From Octopus sinensis (lineage: Eukaryota), in NCBI RefSeq assembly GCF_006345805.1, contig NC_043002.1, forward strand, positions 40,362,001 to 40,426,000: a DNA stretch of 64,000 nt. The letters are read 5' to 3'. Both the position numbers and the translations under genes were made by a program. Below are positions 37,501 to 48,900 of this stretch, piece after piece. How positions within the stretch are numbered: the stretch's first letter is position 1; each line of letters starts with the position of its first letter. Below the pieces are notes generated by a model. The model ran no database searches. It worked only from the letters and a program-made list of their open reading frames with translations, and was not told the DNA's origin.

Positions 37501-40500
37501 TGTTTGTGAACCTTGATTATAACAGGTACATGGGTGGTGTGGACTGGCCAAACCAAGTGATGGGTTATCTGGTTGGTAGACCAGGTAATAAGTGGTGGCA
37601 ATACCTGGTTTGGTATAGAGTAAACATGAGCATTGTAAATGCACTTATATACCAAATCAGGAGGGGCTTGCTAGCAGTGCAACCATCTGCAATTTCGAGC
37701 AGATGTAGCAATGGGACTGAGGATAGGTTATTTCTCCAAAAAAATAAGTGCAGGAGTTCAGCAGAAAAAAATTGGGGGTCACAAAAAGCAGTGCTGTGAA
37801 TATCTACATCAACAAAGAAAATCTCCTAGTGGACGGCCAGTTGAAACTTCTTTCCAATGTGCATTCTGCAAGGTTGCAGTATATAGAGTGGGATGTTTTA
37901 CAAGTTTCCATGATAGAAATATTCTGTGAATATTTTATATATGCATGATTAGATTGTATCAATATTTTTCAAATTTATTTAGATTTTACTTTTTATTTAT
38001 TTGTAATTTTAATTTGCATGTAAGGCGAGAGGCAAGTTTTGATTTAATTTCTATTGTAAATCTTTATTATATATGTTCTTGAGTATTCATGTATGTGAGT
38101 ATATTTCATTAAATTGATGTATTTAATTTTCTAGCTTTCTTCAAAAACAAATTCCAGTATTTCATTTTATTTTACCTGCTCTTACATGCATTAAATTCAA
38201 CTGGTAACCTAGTGCACAGTTCTATATTAAAATTTTATTGCATACCCAATTGAATATTAGCTTATGACTCATTTTCTATGGTAATGTTTAAACAAAATAT
38301 ATTTCTATAATTTGTTCAGTTTACCTGTATTTACCCGTAAATAGAGTCATTTTGAGATAAAAGTTATACAATAGAATTGATAAAGAACCCTTTCTTCAAT
38401 TGTGTCCCAAAAATCACAATATGTTGATAAGTAAAAAAGTTACAGTTGTTTAATGAAACTAGTCTAAATTCATGATTATTTTAGAATTTAAGTGAAACTC
38501 ATGAGGGGTGTACTTTGGTCAGAAATATAGTAACAAAAGGGTTAAATAATATTTAGGTGTGAAAAATGAGTTATGTCAGGGAAAGTAGGATGTAACAAGA
38601 ACAAACTTTTCTAGGTACAACACTGCAAAATGTTACTTATTCCAACTGTGAAAAAACAAAACTTGTTTTAATTTTAGTAACTTTAAAAAGCTTTAATTTC
38701 AGCTAATTCAATACCATATAAAATTAAGTCTTCAATTACCTGACTATAGTTTTAACTGATGTCAAGTTTATCATAATTTATAGATTTAACAGACAATATA
38801 TTTTTAAATGTTCATACAATTAGCCAACTACTAATCAGAATATTTAATAAATTAATTTAAATAATGAACAATACATTAAAAACTTACACTTGTATCAGAT
38901 TTATTTTGGCCATTTTGAAGATAGCTGCCAGTTTGTTGTGGAAGACCATTTACTAAAGAAAATGAAATAATGAAAAAACATCAAAGAATGACCACACACT
39001 TCCTCTCCAATATCATTGATTCAAAAAGTTGTACTGGTGGTATTTTATAAAAGAATTACAATTAACCATATAATATATTAAGCTGGATTGGATTTTATTG
39101 ATTTTAAAAGCTCTATATCTAATATAGGTAAGGACATGTGGCCTAGTGGTTAGGATATTGGATTCATGATCACAAGATTGTGGTTTTGATTCTTGGACCA
39201 GGTCATGCGTTGTATTCTTGAGCAAAGCATTTCATCTCATACTGCTTGAATCACTTCAACACCATGCACCTCTACTGGTAATGTTGACTTGATGAAAAGA
39301 GTGAGCAAATGCAGAGCACAAACATTTGATCACTATAACCAAATCATCTGCACAAGTTGTTCAGCAAGAAGTTGCAAAACCCTCATCTATTATCTATGAG
39401 GGGAAAGTTCACAATACCTAAGTATATATATATAAACACCTTTTTTTTTAAAAGTAAACTGAAAATCTCATATATTTAGGTTATAATGGTGTTCATAACT
39501 CAAGAGTTTATCAAATAACTGTATCAAAATGAATCAGTTACAATATATTGATTTCTAAGGTCACAATTTTGGGGAGAAGTTATAAGCTAAAAGGGCATCA
39601 AGACCATTTTCAAAATGCTATATCATTTTAGGAGTACTGTAAACTAAGAGTCAATATTTTGCATGCAAAGACTTAGGTTCAAGCAAAGTTATGTCTATCT
39701 GAAAACTCTGCACTAGCACAGGTTCAGATTAGGATTATTTCAAGGTGAAACTGCCAATGTTCCCATTGAAATCTGGTCTATTAACTCTCCAACCTGATTC
39801 CATGTGACTTTGGGATGTGGAGTATTATTGAGAACAAAATAACTGCATTTACAGCCCTTCTTACCACTAGCTATTCAGCTGTAGGTACATTTTAGTCAAG
39901 CAAACACTGGAGCAAGTAGAATTACCATGTTCAAAGGCACAACACAAAAGTTAATATTAAGTTCTGATTTTATAATGGTACCTTAACAAACACAATCTCA
40001 CAGCCATTTTACTTCTCAAATTAAAGAATAGGCAGCACTCACTTTTTACTCTGGGTTTATATTTCAGGAAACCATCTTGAGTACCATTTAAATAGTACTG
40101 GACACTTTGTTTCAATTTTGTAACAAGTTCTTGTTTATTTTTAACAGAGTCTCTGAAAAAATAAACACAAATGAAAATAACAAAGACCTTTTATTTTTCA
40201 ATTTTAAAATGCTTTCAAAGCAACTGTTGCTTTAAGAAAAAAAAATTGCAATCTATAACTATTATTTGTCCACAGTTCAAAGCCAATGCCAGTAATGAAC
40301 TAAATAACTAATTTTTCAAATACTAAATTTTATGTTAAATAATCATTAAAAATATACTCTTAAATATTTTGCTAGATATAGCTAAAGAAAATACTACACT
40401 AAAACAAGAAACATTCCAATAAGATGAGCACTATATTACTTGCTATGAGAGGATTTATGGACATAGTTATAAACACTTTATAGATACAACTTAAGAAATT

Positions 40501-43500
40501 TGTGCACAGTGAAATGAAATATAGTTCAATTTAATCATTCTTTTAGCGTTTCCTATAATTTTTCTTTGTAGAGTATTATCACAGCCCCACCAGTTTAATA
40601 TACCAATTAATATATGTAGTGATGAACAATATCTTATGTTATATAGGTGTTTTCTTTTACCATAGTCCCTACTCGCCTTGCCTGTCAAGAACCTCTTATA
40701 AGCAAAAACATAGAAATTGCAACAGCCTAACCGCCTCTTAAATTCTTCTTTCTGTTAAGCTTCAATAACTTACATGACAACAAAATCAATAGATACCCAA
40801 ACAGATCCAGAAAGATACAATTTTATGCTTCCAGTGACACAGCATTTACAATGGCAATAATTCAAAACATGCATAAAGAATATCTAAGTATAAAACTGAT
40901 ACACTGCTTCATTTAGTATATCCTTTTCAATGTTAACATAAGTTGCAATAATAAAAATACAGACTTCCCCCTCTTTCAAATCATACTAAGTCAGCAAATT
41001 ATTTTAAAATTCCTGAGAAGAAATACATCATTATTTTTAAATTCCTGAGAAGAAATACATCATTGAATAAGGGAACTGAAGCAAATAAGATTCTTCAAGT
41101 GTTTAATAGGGGACAAAACTATAGAAAGATTTAATGTTTATCTCTTTAATATTTAGATCTCCGAGGATTACTGCAAAACTAAGAAAACCTTTCAATTTAT
41201 GTAAGCAAGGAAGAGTTTTTTTAATTGTACAATAAGATTAACTAGATCATGTGCTTAAAAGACTAATCCCCAAACAAAATAAAACATTTTCTTCTAACAT
41301 ATTTTATCAGTGACAAAACATACACATTCAAGACACCATGAAAGAATCTTAAGAGAAAACTTTAAGAATAAACCTCCTATCTAAATGTCAATAAAGATAA
41401 AAAATGAAATAAGTCATTTTCAAAATGTATACCAGAAGCATCTAATCAACACAGATTTGAAAGAAAGCTATTGCATAATCTTCAGAATCTATCCATTTTC
41501 TTTTAGATTCAAAGGGCTTTTCAACATAGGTGTTAGACTACTCACAAGATGCATTTTCAGAGATGAACGCTTGTGTAGGACCAGCCACACTTTATGGAAT
41601 AATGCACATTGTTCATTCAGGAAGTGCTCTTGATTAACCCTTTAGCATTCAGATTATTGTCAAATGTACTGCTTATTAATCCATGTGGTTTTGAATTAAT
41701 TGGGTATTATCTCATAATTTTGAGATTTCAATGATGTGGTTGTACACTTTTAGAATGACATTGTATGGTAGATATGAGAGGCCGAACCTGGCCAATTTGA
41801 ACAGAAGACAGGTAGGATATTTGAGCCAGTTTAAATGTTAATCATCATCATCGTTTAACGTCCGCTTTCCATGCTGGCATGGGTTGGATGGTTTGACTGA
41901 GGACTGGTGAGCCAGATGGCTGCACCAGGCTCCAATCTGATCTGGCAGAGTTTCTACAGCTGGATGTCCTTCCTAATGCCAACCACTCCAAGAGTGTAGA
42001 GGGTGCTTTTATGTGCCACCAGCACGGACTTCCCAAGTCTATCAATTTTACCAGATCTCAAAGGATTTGTTCCCCTTACTTCTCAGCTGACAAGAGGCAG
42101 GATCTGAACTCAGAAAGCAAAACAGAATGAGATGTCGCAAGGCATTTTGTACGACATTACAAATGGTCTACCAATCAACCACCCTGGACTGATACTTTAT
42201 CAACCCTGAAAGGCAAAGTTTAGCTAAGTGGGTGCCAAGCATTCTATCCAATGTCATAAATATGCATGAGTGTTTCTATAAAGTACATGTGCATCCTATA
42301 GTTTCTATCTTCCAAATTCCCCGACATAGCATTGGTTGGACCAGGGCTACAAACGACACCCAAGGTGTATTTTAATAAAATTTATATGATGAATTACAGT
42401 CAATTCCATAAACTGTTGAAGCATCAATTTTATTGGTAACATCAATTGACTTAGAGATTATAATGTAATTCCTATGACAGGAAAGGAAATGAGTCAAAAG
42501 CATATCACTTTAACCAACCAACTAACCCACCCATTCACATTTCTGAACTTTTAAAATATAGCTATTACATGAAACTTTCAAATACTTTATTAAATATTGC
42601 ATTCACATTAACTTGCAAAGAAACAAATAGATATGTGAGTGTAAAGCTTCATGAATGAAATGCTACAGGATTAAGGCAAACAAGGAGATACCATATGGAA
42701 AACTTATCAAATTCAAACCAACAGAGGGTGGAAGTGATGATGTTGAAAATTGTAACATAGACAATGAGAACATTCAGCTTTTCTATTCTGATCCCTAGCC
42801 ACATCTTAATGAAACCTTGAATGAATCGTCTAGGTTTAAATTAGATATATCAATATAACTGGTTTGTATTTGCCTAGGGTTAAACTAAATGCTAACAGGT
42901 CAGGCTCTCTATGCTCCTGGCACTACATAACCTGAACAATTTGTCTCATGTTTGGGTGATCAGTGACTAAACTGATATCCATATCTGGAAGGATGAAGGA
43001 CACCACCAGGTTATCTGGAACACCTATTTGAAAATGCATTGCTGTGAAGGTTCCACCTTCCAGGCTATAGATTTTAAATATAACCTTATGACATTTGAAT
43101 AAGTTAGTTAACATGAAGATAAACTTATCCACTGTAAATCTGTTTCATCTTTAAAATTCAATTCTTAAACAAAAAACATTATTGAAGACATGCAAGTTGA
43201 TTTACAAATGAAACATTTAATTACAACAATAAAACAAAAGATTTGTAAAAGCAAAGCTGAAAGTTAACAATTCATTCATGACTTGTAAGTAAAATAAAAT
43301 CTCACTATCTACTTACTTGAAAACTTCCTCCCCGATGACATCCAAATTATCAACAGAAGGTAGTTTTCTAACAAAGTCAACAACAGCTTTGATCACTTTT
43401 TCTGGTGTTAACTATGAAGAGAAAGAAAAAGTGTGAACATGACTAAACTAAACAATTTAGAATAAATGAATAGCTAACTTAACTAGTCTGTTATAGAAAC

Positions 43501-44862
43501 AAGAAACAAGTTTAGAATATATATATATTTTTTACAAAAGTTACATTACAGTAAGCAGAGTTATCAGAAGAAAGAATTTTAACTGGACTAGCTTACATTC
43601 ATTGAAGTAACAAGTATGCCAGTAGAATAAAAGGTCAATAGTTTTAGAAAATTAGACTTCAGTAATTGCATAAACTGAAAGCTTGCAATCAAGTTTCAAT
43701 GGTCTAACTAAGTAACAAAATGATATGCATATATTTGTAAGCAATGTTAAGTGTAAATAAACACTTAAATGATTTCCACAACTGACTTAAAACTCATCAT
43801 TTAGAAATTCATACTAAACTACAGAACGTATGATCAGTAATAAACCTAGACAATAGGGTCAGCAATGCACATACTATACAGAAGATTTTTTAAATAATTA
43901 CAGTTTAAAGGAGTACTATAACTCAGTAACTCATGCTCAGAAGGTGGGGGGAATGTACATGACAAACGAACCTGATGGACTCTCCAAGCTTTACATACAA
44001 ATGAACAAGTCAAATGGGAAGCCTTAGTATGATTGAACAACTGCTAGGAATAGCAAATCAAAAATGGAATATCTTTAACCATTGGTCTGCCTGAACAGGA
44101 CTTAGCTGTGAGTTCAACTCAATGAAACAACCTAATTATGAAGGACACTTGCTTAGAGCAATACATTACATGGTACAAAACTTGAATTAGGCTGATTGGG
44201 TTAATCATAATTATTTGCCAGAGAAACATCAATGTTAGGATACAAATTACTTATTTACAAAGCTTGTATCCTAATGACAAACCAGCCCGAATTCTAATTA
44301 AACTACTTGACTGTGTTTACTATTGTCAATATTTGGTAAATAGGCTGGTGTAATTGGTTAGCACACTTATCATGAATATAAGAGGTGTAGGTTCAATTCC
44401 CATGCATAATAATACCCACTTTTTCTGTTAGGGGCTTATATGCCCCAATAATAGACTATTTTCTTTAGCCAATACATGGTAATTGCTTATAAGCTTTAAT
44501 GGGAGAATTGTTAGCACATTGGGTGAAATGCTTAGCTGTATTTCATCCATATACACATTCTGAGTTCAAATTCTACCATGGTCAACTTTGCCTTCATCCT
44601 TTTGGGGTCGATAAAATAAGTCTCAGTCGAGTACTGGGATTGATGCAATTAACTTACCCCCCCCCCCCGATATTTCTTGCCTTGTGTCAAAATTTGAAAT
44701 CATTATTGTCAATGTCAAAAGCAAAACTTGAACATTTGAAGATAAATTTAATATGAAATAAAAATATTCAATGCTTCACCTTTGTGGGTCTTCCTTCTGT
44801 GGCTTTATAGACTTCATCTTTGAAAAAGTCAACTAAATCCTCATCAGGAAGTATATGATTTC
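25221..44862 (-). CDS. FAM120A: FAM120A-like protein (constitutive coactivator of PPAR-gamma-like; PIN-like domain plus RG-rich tail), 16 coding exons; N-terminal exons not in the window
   Basis: Manual splice in transcript order: 44862-44780, 43411-43317, 40152-40043, 38952-38888, 36868-36778, 36123-36077, 35306-35160, 35054-34898, 34197-33933, 33116-33008, 31990-31784, 31379-31151, 30477-30330, 28459-28372, 27022-26865, 25512-25221. All junctions are AG/GT and phase-consistent. Motifs recognised from FAM120A: GNHILPDEDL, VIKAVVDFVR, RHQKGLM, LYRPVRQ, LWLG..DDKNRRLRAFL, RILQRQELDAFLA, ANDICGAPIPW..CCPWLYFDGKLF, KVERMRQAILEGL, GGQLEIAG.VVG.W. Confidence 0.93.
25865..26601 (-). mobile_element. 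RTE LINE 3' end with tandemly repeated 3' UTR units
   Basis: ERRLLWYGHVARMDEDSCVKKC..GRGRPRKTW (track ORF 26404-26601); repeated ggtgctttttacgtgccaccggca units; (CAT)n tail. Confidence 0.9.
26865..27022 (-). CDS. FAM120A: FAM120A exon: NEARFSRGRGFRPPTRRPLRARPRPGSKPRNARGTGAVAIVRGRGCTVEISG(E)
   Basis: ctttgtcag acceptor, gtaagt donor; GC-rich, RG-rich open frame. Confidence 0.85.
27808..28135 (+). mobile_element. Second-family tRNA-derived SINE nested in the (TA)n linker of a bipartite SINE (27640-28345)
   Basis: Head ggctcagtggttagagcg...tcgaatccc; body ttgagcaagacac..ttgctccagt..actcagctgtagaaatgag; a related copy is at 39013-39250 (-). Confidence 0.7.
28372..28459 (-). CDS. FAM120A: FAM120A exon: VSRNVASNRAIRGKASTALYGMGRGLRQS
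   Basis: attttccag acceptor, gtaagg donor, phase 2-0 required to join its neighbours. Confidence 0.82.
28770..29844 (-). mobile_element. Internally deleted piggyBac element retaining the transposase N-terminus
   Basis: Perfect 12-bp TIR CCCTTTCGTTAC and TTAA TSD at 28766-28769 and 29845-29848; ORF 29139-29576 has the acidic N-terminus and YFSLLF..IITAKTNRYA motif. Confidence 0.9.
30103..30223. mobile_element. 121-bp piggyBac-type MITE
   Basis: TTAA-CCCTTTGAGCC ... GGCTCAAAGGG-TTAA. Confidence 0.8.
30330..30477 (-). CDS. FAM120A: FAM120A exon: RSPVDARGGQLEIAGVVVGSWGPNLHGAARGRASNMAPQVMSVGGPGK(R)
   Basis: tttttttaag acceptor, gtatta donor; GGKLEIAG.VVG.W and QV.SVGGP motifs. Confidence 0.92.
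31151..31379 (-). CDS. FAM120A: FAM120A exon: VDQVLKVERMRQAILEGL...NQNKGRGRGIL(G)
   Basis: catttttag acceptor, gtaagt donor; KVE.MRQ..LEGL and GRGRG motifs. Confidence 0.93.
31784..31990 (-). CDS. FAM120A: FAM120A exon: LPSISNRGVHLASLFMAGIETAIFANDICGAPIPWTMCCPWLYFDGKLFHFKLLKANNNTPLIDMCDGQ
   Basis: ttcccacag acceptor, gtaaga donor; highly conserved segment. Confidence 0.95.
33008..33116 (-). CDS. FAM120A: FAM120A exon: YILQNGRILQRQELDAFLAMAVSPLLHDIQIMQDLK
   Basis: cattcctag acceptor, gtatgt donor; RQELDAFLA motif. Confidence 0.94.
33933..34197 (-). CDS. FAM120A: FAM120A exon: ...VKEWVVRKG...ERLWLGQQADDKNRRLRAFLTCLKSDTPLMLNTNYVPQHLLLMCCVH(R)
   Basis: gttcttcag acceptor, gtactt donor; strong recognisable homology. 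Confidence 0.94.
34898..35054 (-). CDS. FAM120A: FAM120A exon: GEVKLEVCLEEDVSRDLISYVELYRPVRQTLYSVLFNLNKLK...
   Basis: ttattttag acceptor, gtaagc donor; GEIKI..S.ED and LYRPVRQ motifs. Confidence 0.93.
35160..35306 (-). CDS. FAM120A: FAM120A exon: NLNKCVK...LPQISPEIMRIASERHQKGLMSPWVYQLLSQ
   Basis: tttcatatag acceptor, gtaaat donor; resembles the vertebrate PEVLRVAEHRHKKGLMYPYI. Confidence 0.92.
36077..36123 (-). CDS. FAM120A: FAM120A small exon: (G)DSKRNDDTWTQKFPQ
   Basis: ttatttcag acceptor, gtaatg donor, 47 nt, phase 1-0. Confidence 0.68.
36778..36868 (-). CDS. FAM120A: FAM120A small exon: ETSGYVDNANPQIVVDPPNQNMHDFDANQS(G)
   Basis: tttttttcag acceptor, gtatgt donor, 91 nt, phase 0-1 bridges its neighbours exactly. 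Confidence 0.72.
36984..38541 (+). mobile_element. Internally deleted piggyBac element retaining the transposase C-terminus
   Basis: TTAA at 36980-36983 and 38542-38545; DYNRYMGGVD..NQ, KWWQYLVWY..NMSIVNALI and a Cys-rich C-terminus (ETSFQCAFCKV..C..FH); the terminal 340 bp is the reverse complement of about 28770-29110. Confidence 0.85.
38888..38952 (-). CDS. FAM120A: FAM120A small exon: (I)NGLPQQTGSYLQNGQNKSDTS
   Basis: ttttctttag acceptor, gtaagt donor, 65 nt, phase 1-0, open frame; supported only by splice signals and phase. Confidence 0.7.
40043..40152 (-). CDS. FAM120A: FAM120A exon: DSVKNKQELVTKLKQSVQYYLNGTQDGFLKYKPRVK
   Basis: ttttttcag acceptor, gtgagt donor, phase 2-1 fits; aligns positionally with the vertebrate RFKRAIGYY segment. 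Confidence 0.85.
40998..41064. repeat. 32-bp tandem duplication
   Basis: attattttaaaattcctgagaagaaatacatc repeated twice with one substitution. Confidence 0.85.
41636..41842 (+). mobile_element. TTAA-CCCTTTAGCATTCAGA piggyBac-like MITE, truncated by an RTE tail (41843-42025, -)
   Basis: The same terminus appears in degenerate form at about 35425; the adjacent (CAT)n-gtttaacgtccgc RTE tail is clear. Confidence 0.55.
43317..43411 (-). CDS. FAM120A: FAM120A exon: LTPEKVIKAVVDFVRKLPSVDNLDVIGEEVF(K)
   Basis: ctcttcatag acceptor, gtaagt donor; resembles the vertebrate VIKAVADYVR..DLDAIAKDVF. Confidence 0.9.
44780..44862 (-). CDS. FAM120A: FAM120A exon: GNHILPDEDLVDFFKDEVYKATEGRPTK
   Basis: ttttcttacag acceptor, gtgaag donor, 83 nt; signature GNHILPDEDL. 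Confidence 0.93.
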
Positions 44863-46298
44863 CTGTAAGAAAAAAAAAAAATACAATTTAGATATACAGA
44901 AAAATAAATATTGATCGATTTGCTTCATTTTAAAATCAAGCGACCAATTTGATGAATACTTATCCCCAAAGCCACATGAGGTTATAAGCAAAACTCGTTT
45001 CTTGAATATTATTTTTTTAAATGTTATCTTCTCTGATCCAATACCTTTCCCCATAGCTACACGAACATGTATAAAAAAAACAGCTTTACATATCATAAAA
45101 CATTATCTCATAGGAATGCATGGACCAAGGTTTTTTACTCCTGTCTTTAGTCATCAGACTATTTTTTAACTATAAAGGAAGTCTTCACCTTGAAATATAC
45201 ATGTATGTGTATACACAACAGAACAAAGCAATTTACTATGTAATTAAAATACAAACTTAACAGCAATTCATAATTTATTGAGGCAGATTTTCTGCAGTTT
45301 GATGCTCTTCCTGTAGCTAACCTTCACCTGTTTCCAAGTACAGTATTATTTCCCTGTGGCCAGAAATGTTTTTGTAGAATACTGGAAATGAATGACACTA
45401 CTTGTATGACAATGACACTATCATGCAATGTTGAGATAAGGAAACACAAATATATTCATTACCAAAAAATGTAGATAACAGTTGTAAAATCAGCAGAAAG
45501 AATTCTGTTTATATGATTTGGCACGCAACAGGTTATCAAAACGTTTCTTGGTTGTTATGACAGTTTATAGCTATTTATCTCATAACTGTGTAAAACAAAA
45601 AATGTGCAATCAACAACAGCTCCTGCTCATAGGTGAAGGGACTAGTGCACTAGTGAACCTAATCTACTCTGAATTTAGTCATGAGAAGAAACAAGATTGA
45701 AAAGTGGCTAACATGACAATAAATAAGTTTAATCATTTGGGGGGGGGAGGAGAAGCAGACATTTAAAAAGGGAGAATAATTAAATATAAATGAAAATATC
45801 AATTTCTTACAGCAAATGGGCATTTTCCTTTTTATCAGCAATTATAAGCAAGAAAATAAAAAAAGTAATGTAGAAATAATTTGCCACATTTTGTCCATAA
45901 ATAATGTGTGTGCATGCATGTACCCACCATAATCACTTCAAGTACATGATATATACACACACACTAAAATAAATATATGAATTCTGATGTAAGGTATATA
46001 TGATATCAATATTATTTTCAGTGAGTGGCAAAACTGGTGTATACGCCAAGCATTTAACTATACATAATTTTTTATTAGTCGGACAGAATTTAGACTGAGA
46101 GAGAGTGAAACCTCTGCAATCTATGATGGTTTCTCATGGAATTGGTTGCGCCCACCTTGTATTATTCAGTGCACACAGAACAGTGTTTTACACAAACTAA
46201 GATGGAGCTTCATAAAACATGTAACTTGCCTGTATTATGAAGGCAAAGTGCTCAACAGAGAATATATGACTGGGGTGTATATGTTTGTGTGTGTACAC

Positions 46299-46434
46299 CA
46301 GGCATGAGTAACCTTTTTTTGAGAGGTGGACCAGGAGACATGGCTCATCACCAGGCAGGTCACACTAGTAAAAAAAATTGAAGGTAATTTTTCATTAAGC
46401 ATATTCAGAAAGTCCCACAGGTTGCACATGACTG
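46299..46434. mobile_element. hAT-type MITE (136 bp)
   Basis: TIR caggcatgagtaacc / ggttgcacatgactg; 8-bp TSD gtgtacac versus gtatacac; its 3' part resembles 9353-9485. Confidence 0.65.
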
Positions 46435-47453
46435 GTATACACAAACACAGTTCCTGTACAGCCCTCAACCCACAAAACTGTTATAGGCTGTACTCATGGA
46501 AAGAAATTCCACCCCAAGTACAATTTTGAATATAAATGAAAAAAATAATGAAATTAGAACTATAAGGCATAAAAGAACAGAATTATATTTCGGTATGCTT
46601 TAGGAATCAGTTTAAAGAAGATTTTGTCAGAAGAAACCTAGAAAAGTCATACACAAAAACTGAAATACACTGTCAATGACTACTTCTGAAGGCCACAAGG
46701 ACAGAATAGTTACTAGAACTTAACTTCATTACATGTCTTTGACAAACCATTGAGGGATGAAAAGCTAAATCAGCTGGGACAAGATCTAGGCTCAAAATGT
46801 AAGGTGATAAAAATAAATGCTGTGGGGCTTTTTAATCAAACATTCTAATATTTTCTATCACCTAAAAAATAAATAAATAGAAAGAAAAAAAGTTTATTTG
46901 CTACCAGGTCACCAAAACAGAAAACTAGAAAGAGAGAAAAAAAAAATGAAGATTACCACATCTTCCTCACCATCCAAAAAGATGTGCTACCTTTTAATGA
47001 ATAGTGTTCCAATTTAGCTAAATGTTCGCTAGAACATTACACCAGGACTAGGCAATGGAATATCAATTACTACTACCAACTTGCCTTTTATAAGAAATAT
47101 GCTCCACAACAAGAATTAAATATTATTAAGTGGAGAAAAAATGTGACAAAATCCATATTTCATTAAAAGGTTAAATTGACTGTCTCAAAATTACTGACAT
47201 TTTCTCTTTACCCTTTCACCTTAGCTTAATAACACACACACAAATCATGATAGTTTTCATTGTGTGAGAATGAAAAAAAAAAAAACTATTCTGAAACTGT
47301 TTTTCTGTCTTTCATTTTCTATATAATGTCAATATTTAAAATTTGGTTTTAACTCCATCATTGTCAGATTTCTTGGTATGCTCTACAATTGTGTTAACAC
47401 TAAATTGCACTTCATTTAACAGTTTATATTATCTTATCTGTGGTAGTTTACAC

Positions 47454-47722
47454 CAGTCTTTAACCCTTTTTGCACCACCAACTGGTTTCATGCAAAACAA
47501 TTTTTCCATGGACTGAGAGTTCATGTGCCCTTAATATTAAAGTTAGCTTGTGGGCTTAATTTAACTGTGCATGAAAAAATCTATGATGTAGATAAGTGTG
47601 GAAAAGTCTGATGGAAACAGTAATTTTTCAAAATAAAACTGACAGTTAAGAAAATAGTAAAATTCAAAAACTTATTTTTTGTATGGCCCAAACGGTTCAT
47701 TGCTTGGTAATTGGGGACTCTG
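47454..47722. mobile_element. Degenerate hAT/Charlie-type MITE
   Basis: cag..aacc ctttttgcacca..actggtttcatg..acaatttttccatggac ... ttggggactctg; TSD gtttacac/gcttgcac (6 of 8 match). Confidence 0.5.
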
Positions 47723-48479
47723 GCTTGCACCAGTGATTTTTTTTCCAGCATTGTTATTTTTCAAAATGCATTGTATTATCTTATGATTTTATGACTTTTA
47801 AGCATTTAAGTTTTTGATGTCAAGTTATACAGAATTCATCTCCAATATCTCCCGTGATAAACTCAAGATTTCCAATCAACAGCTGCAGAACAGGATTGTC
47901 TCAGTATTGGTGTTAGATGGTGGAATAGCAAAATCTGTTTAGTGTAGGACTAAATGTCTTGCAGAATTCTTGTCTCTCTATGACTAAGTTTCATATCTCA
48001 CCAAGATCAACTTTGCCTTCCATTCATTCAGGATTGAAGATTTAACACACATGCACTGAGTTCAATAACTGACACAGTTATGGCTTTTTCCCTATGTAGA
48101 GCAATTATTAATTTAGAGAAATGAAGACAAATTGATTGCTCTTATAAAGTCTTGAAAAAAATTATTATTGTTATTTGTTTATAGCTGAATCTTTTGAAGA
48201 ATCAGAACAAATTGCAAACATGAAAGCAGATTCTAGAAACATAAACCCTTGAAGTAAATTTTGCAATGCTTCGTTCATCAGGTAAGAACTTATGCTCCAG
48301 TGCAATCTGTTAGTGTGTTCAATATACAGAGACTCTGTAGCTAATATAAAAACTATATTAACTATCACAGGCTAGCTGACCGGGAAGAAAGACTATGTAG
48401 CAGGTACACAAGAGCAGTTAGCAATAAAAAATGTTTGGAAGGTACCATAGCAGTAGTTGATAGTTTCTGTTACCTGGTC

Positions 48480-48900
48480 AAGCTAATTAGTGGTGAGAGC
48501 TCTAAAAACGTAATAGCTAATATAAGGACGGCTTCTCTCTCCAAATGAAAGGTAGATTGCATGGCATTTGTGTAGTGTAAAACTGAATGGTGGTAAGAAC
48601 CATTGATGTGTTAAAGTTGGTAAGAAAAGAGGTGAGTATGCTTGACTGTGTGCATGAACAATGAAACACAAATGAACTGAGAGAAAAACTAAGTATAAGA
48701 GAACTGACACAATGTGCAAGGAAAAAGGATATGCCAGAACATGTGATGTGTATGAAGGATAACATTTGGGTAAAGTGCCAAGCAATCCAGGTGGAAGAAA
48801 GCCAGAGAAGAGGAAGACTTGAAGACAGAAAAAAAACAGTGATGGTTGTTCTCATCAAGATGATGGTAAGGAACCACAAGTGGTGGGATACTGTGTAAGG
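48480..48900 (-). mobile_element. Highly decayed L2/CR1-like LINE 3' remnant
   Basis: Purine-skewed block with faint resemblance to L2-type RT tails; similar blocks at about 52150-52930 and 60740-60960. No intact motif. Confidence 0.3.

Noticed and set aside
44343-44405. tRNA-like sequence (ggctggtgtaattggttagcaca...ggttcaattccc)
   Set aside because: A/B boxes are present but I could not fold an acceptor or anticodon stem; most likely a decayed SINE head.
48171-48368. Minus-strand ORF with SSYLMNEA, resembling FAM120A SQYLMHEV (the missing upstream exon)
   Set aside because: Similarity is limited to about 6 residues; no DSDY or FPIFAALL motif and no phase-1 donor.
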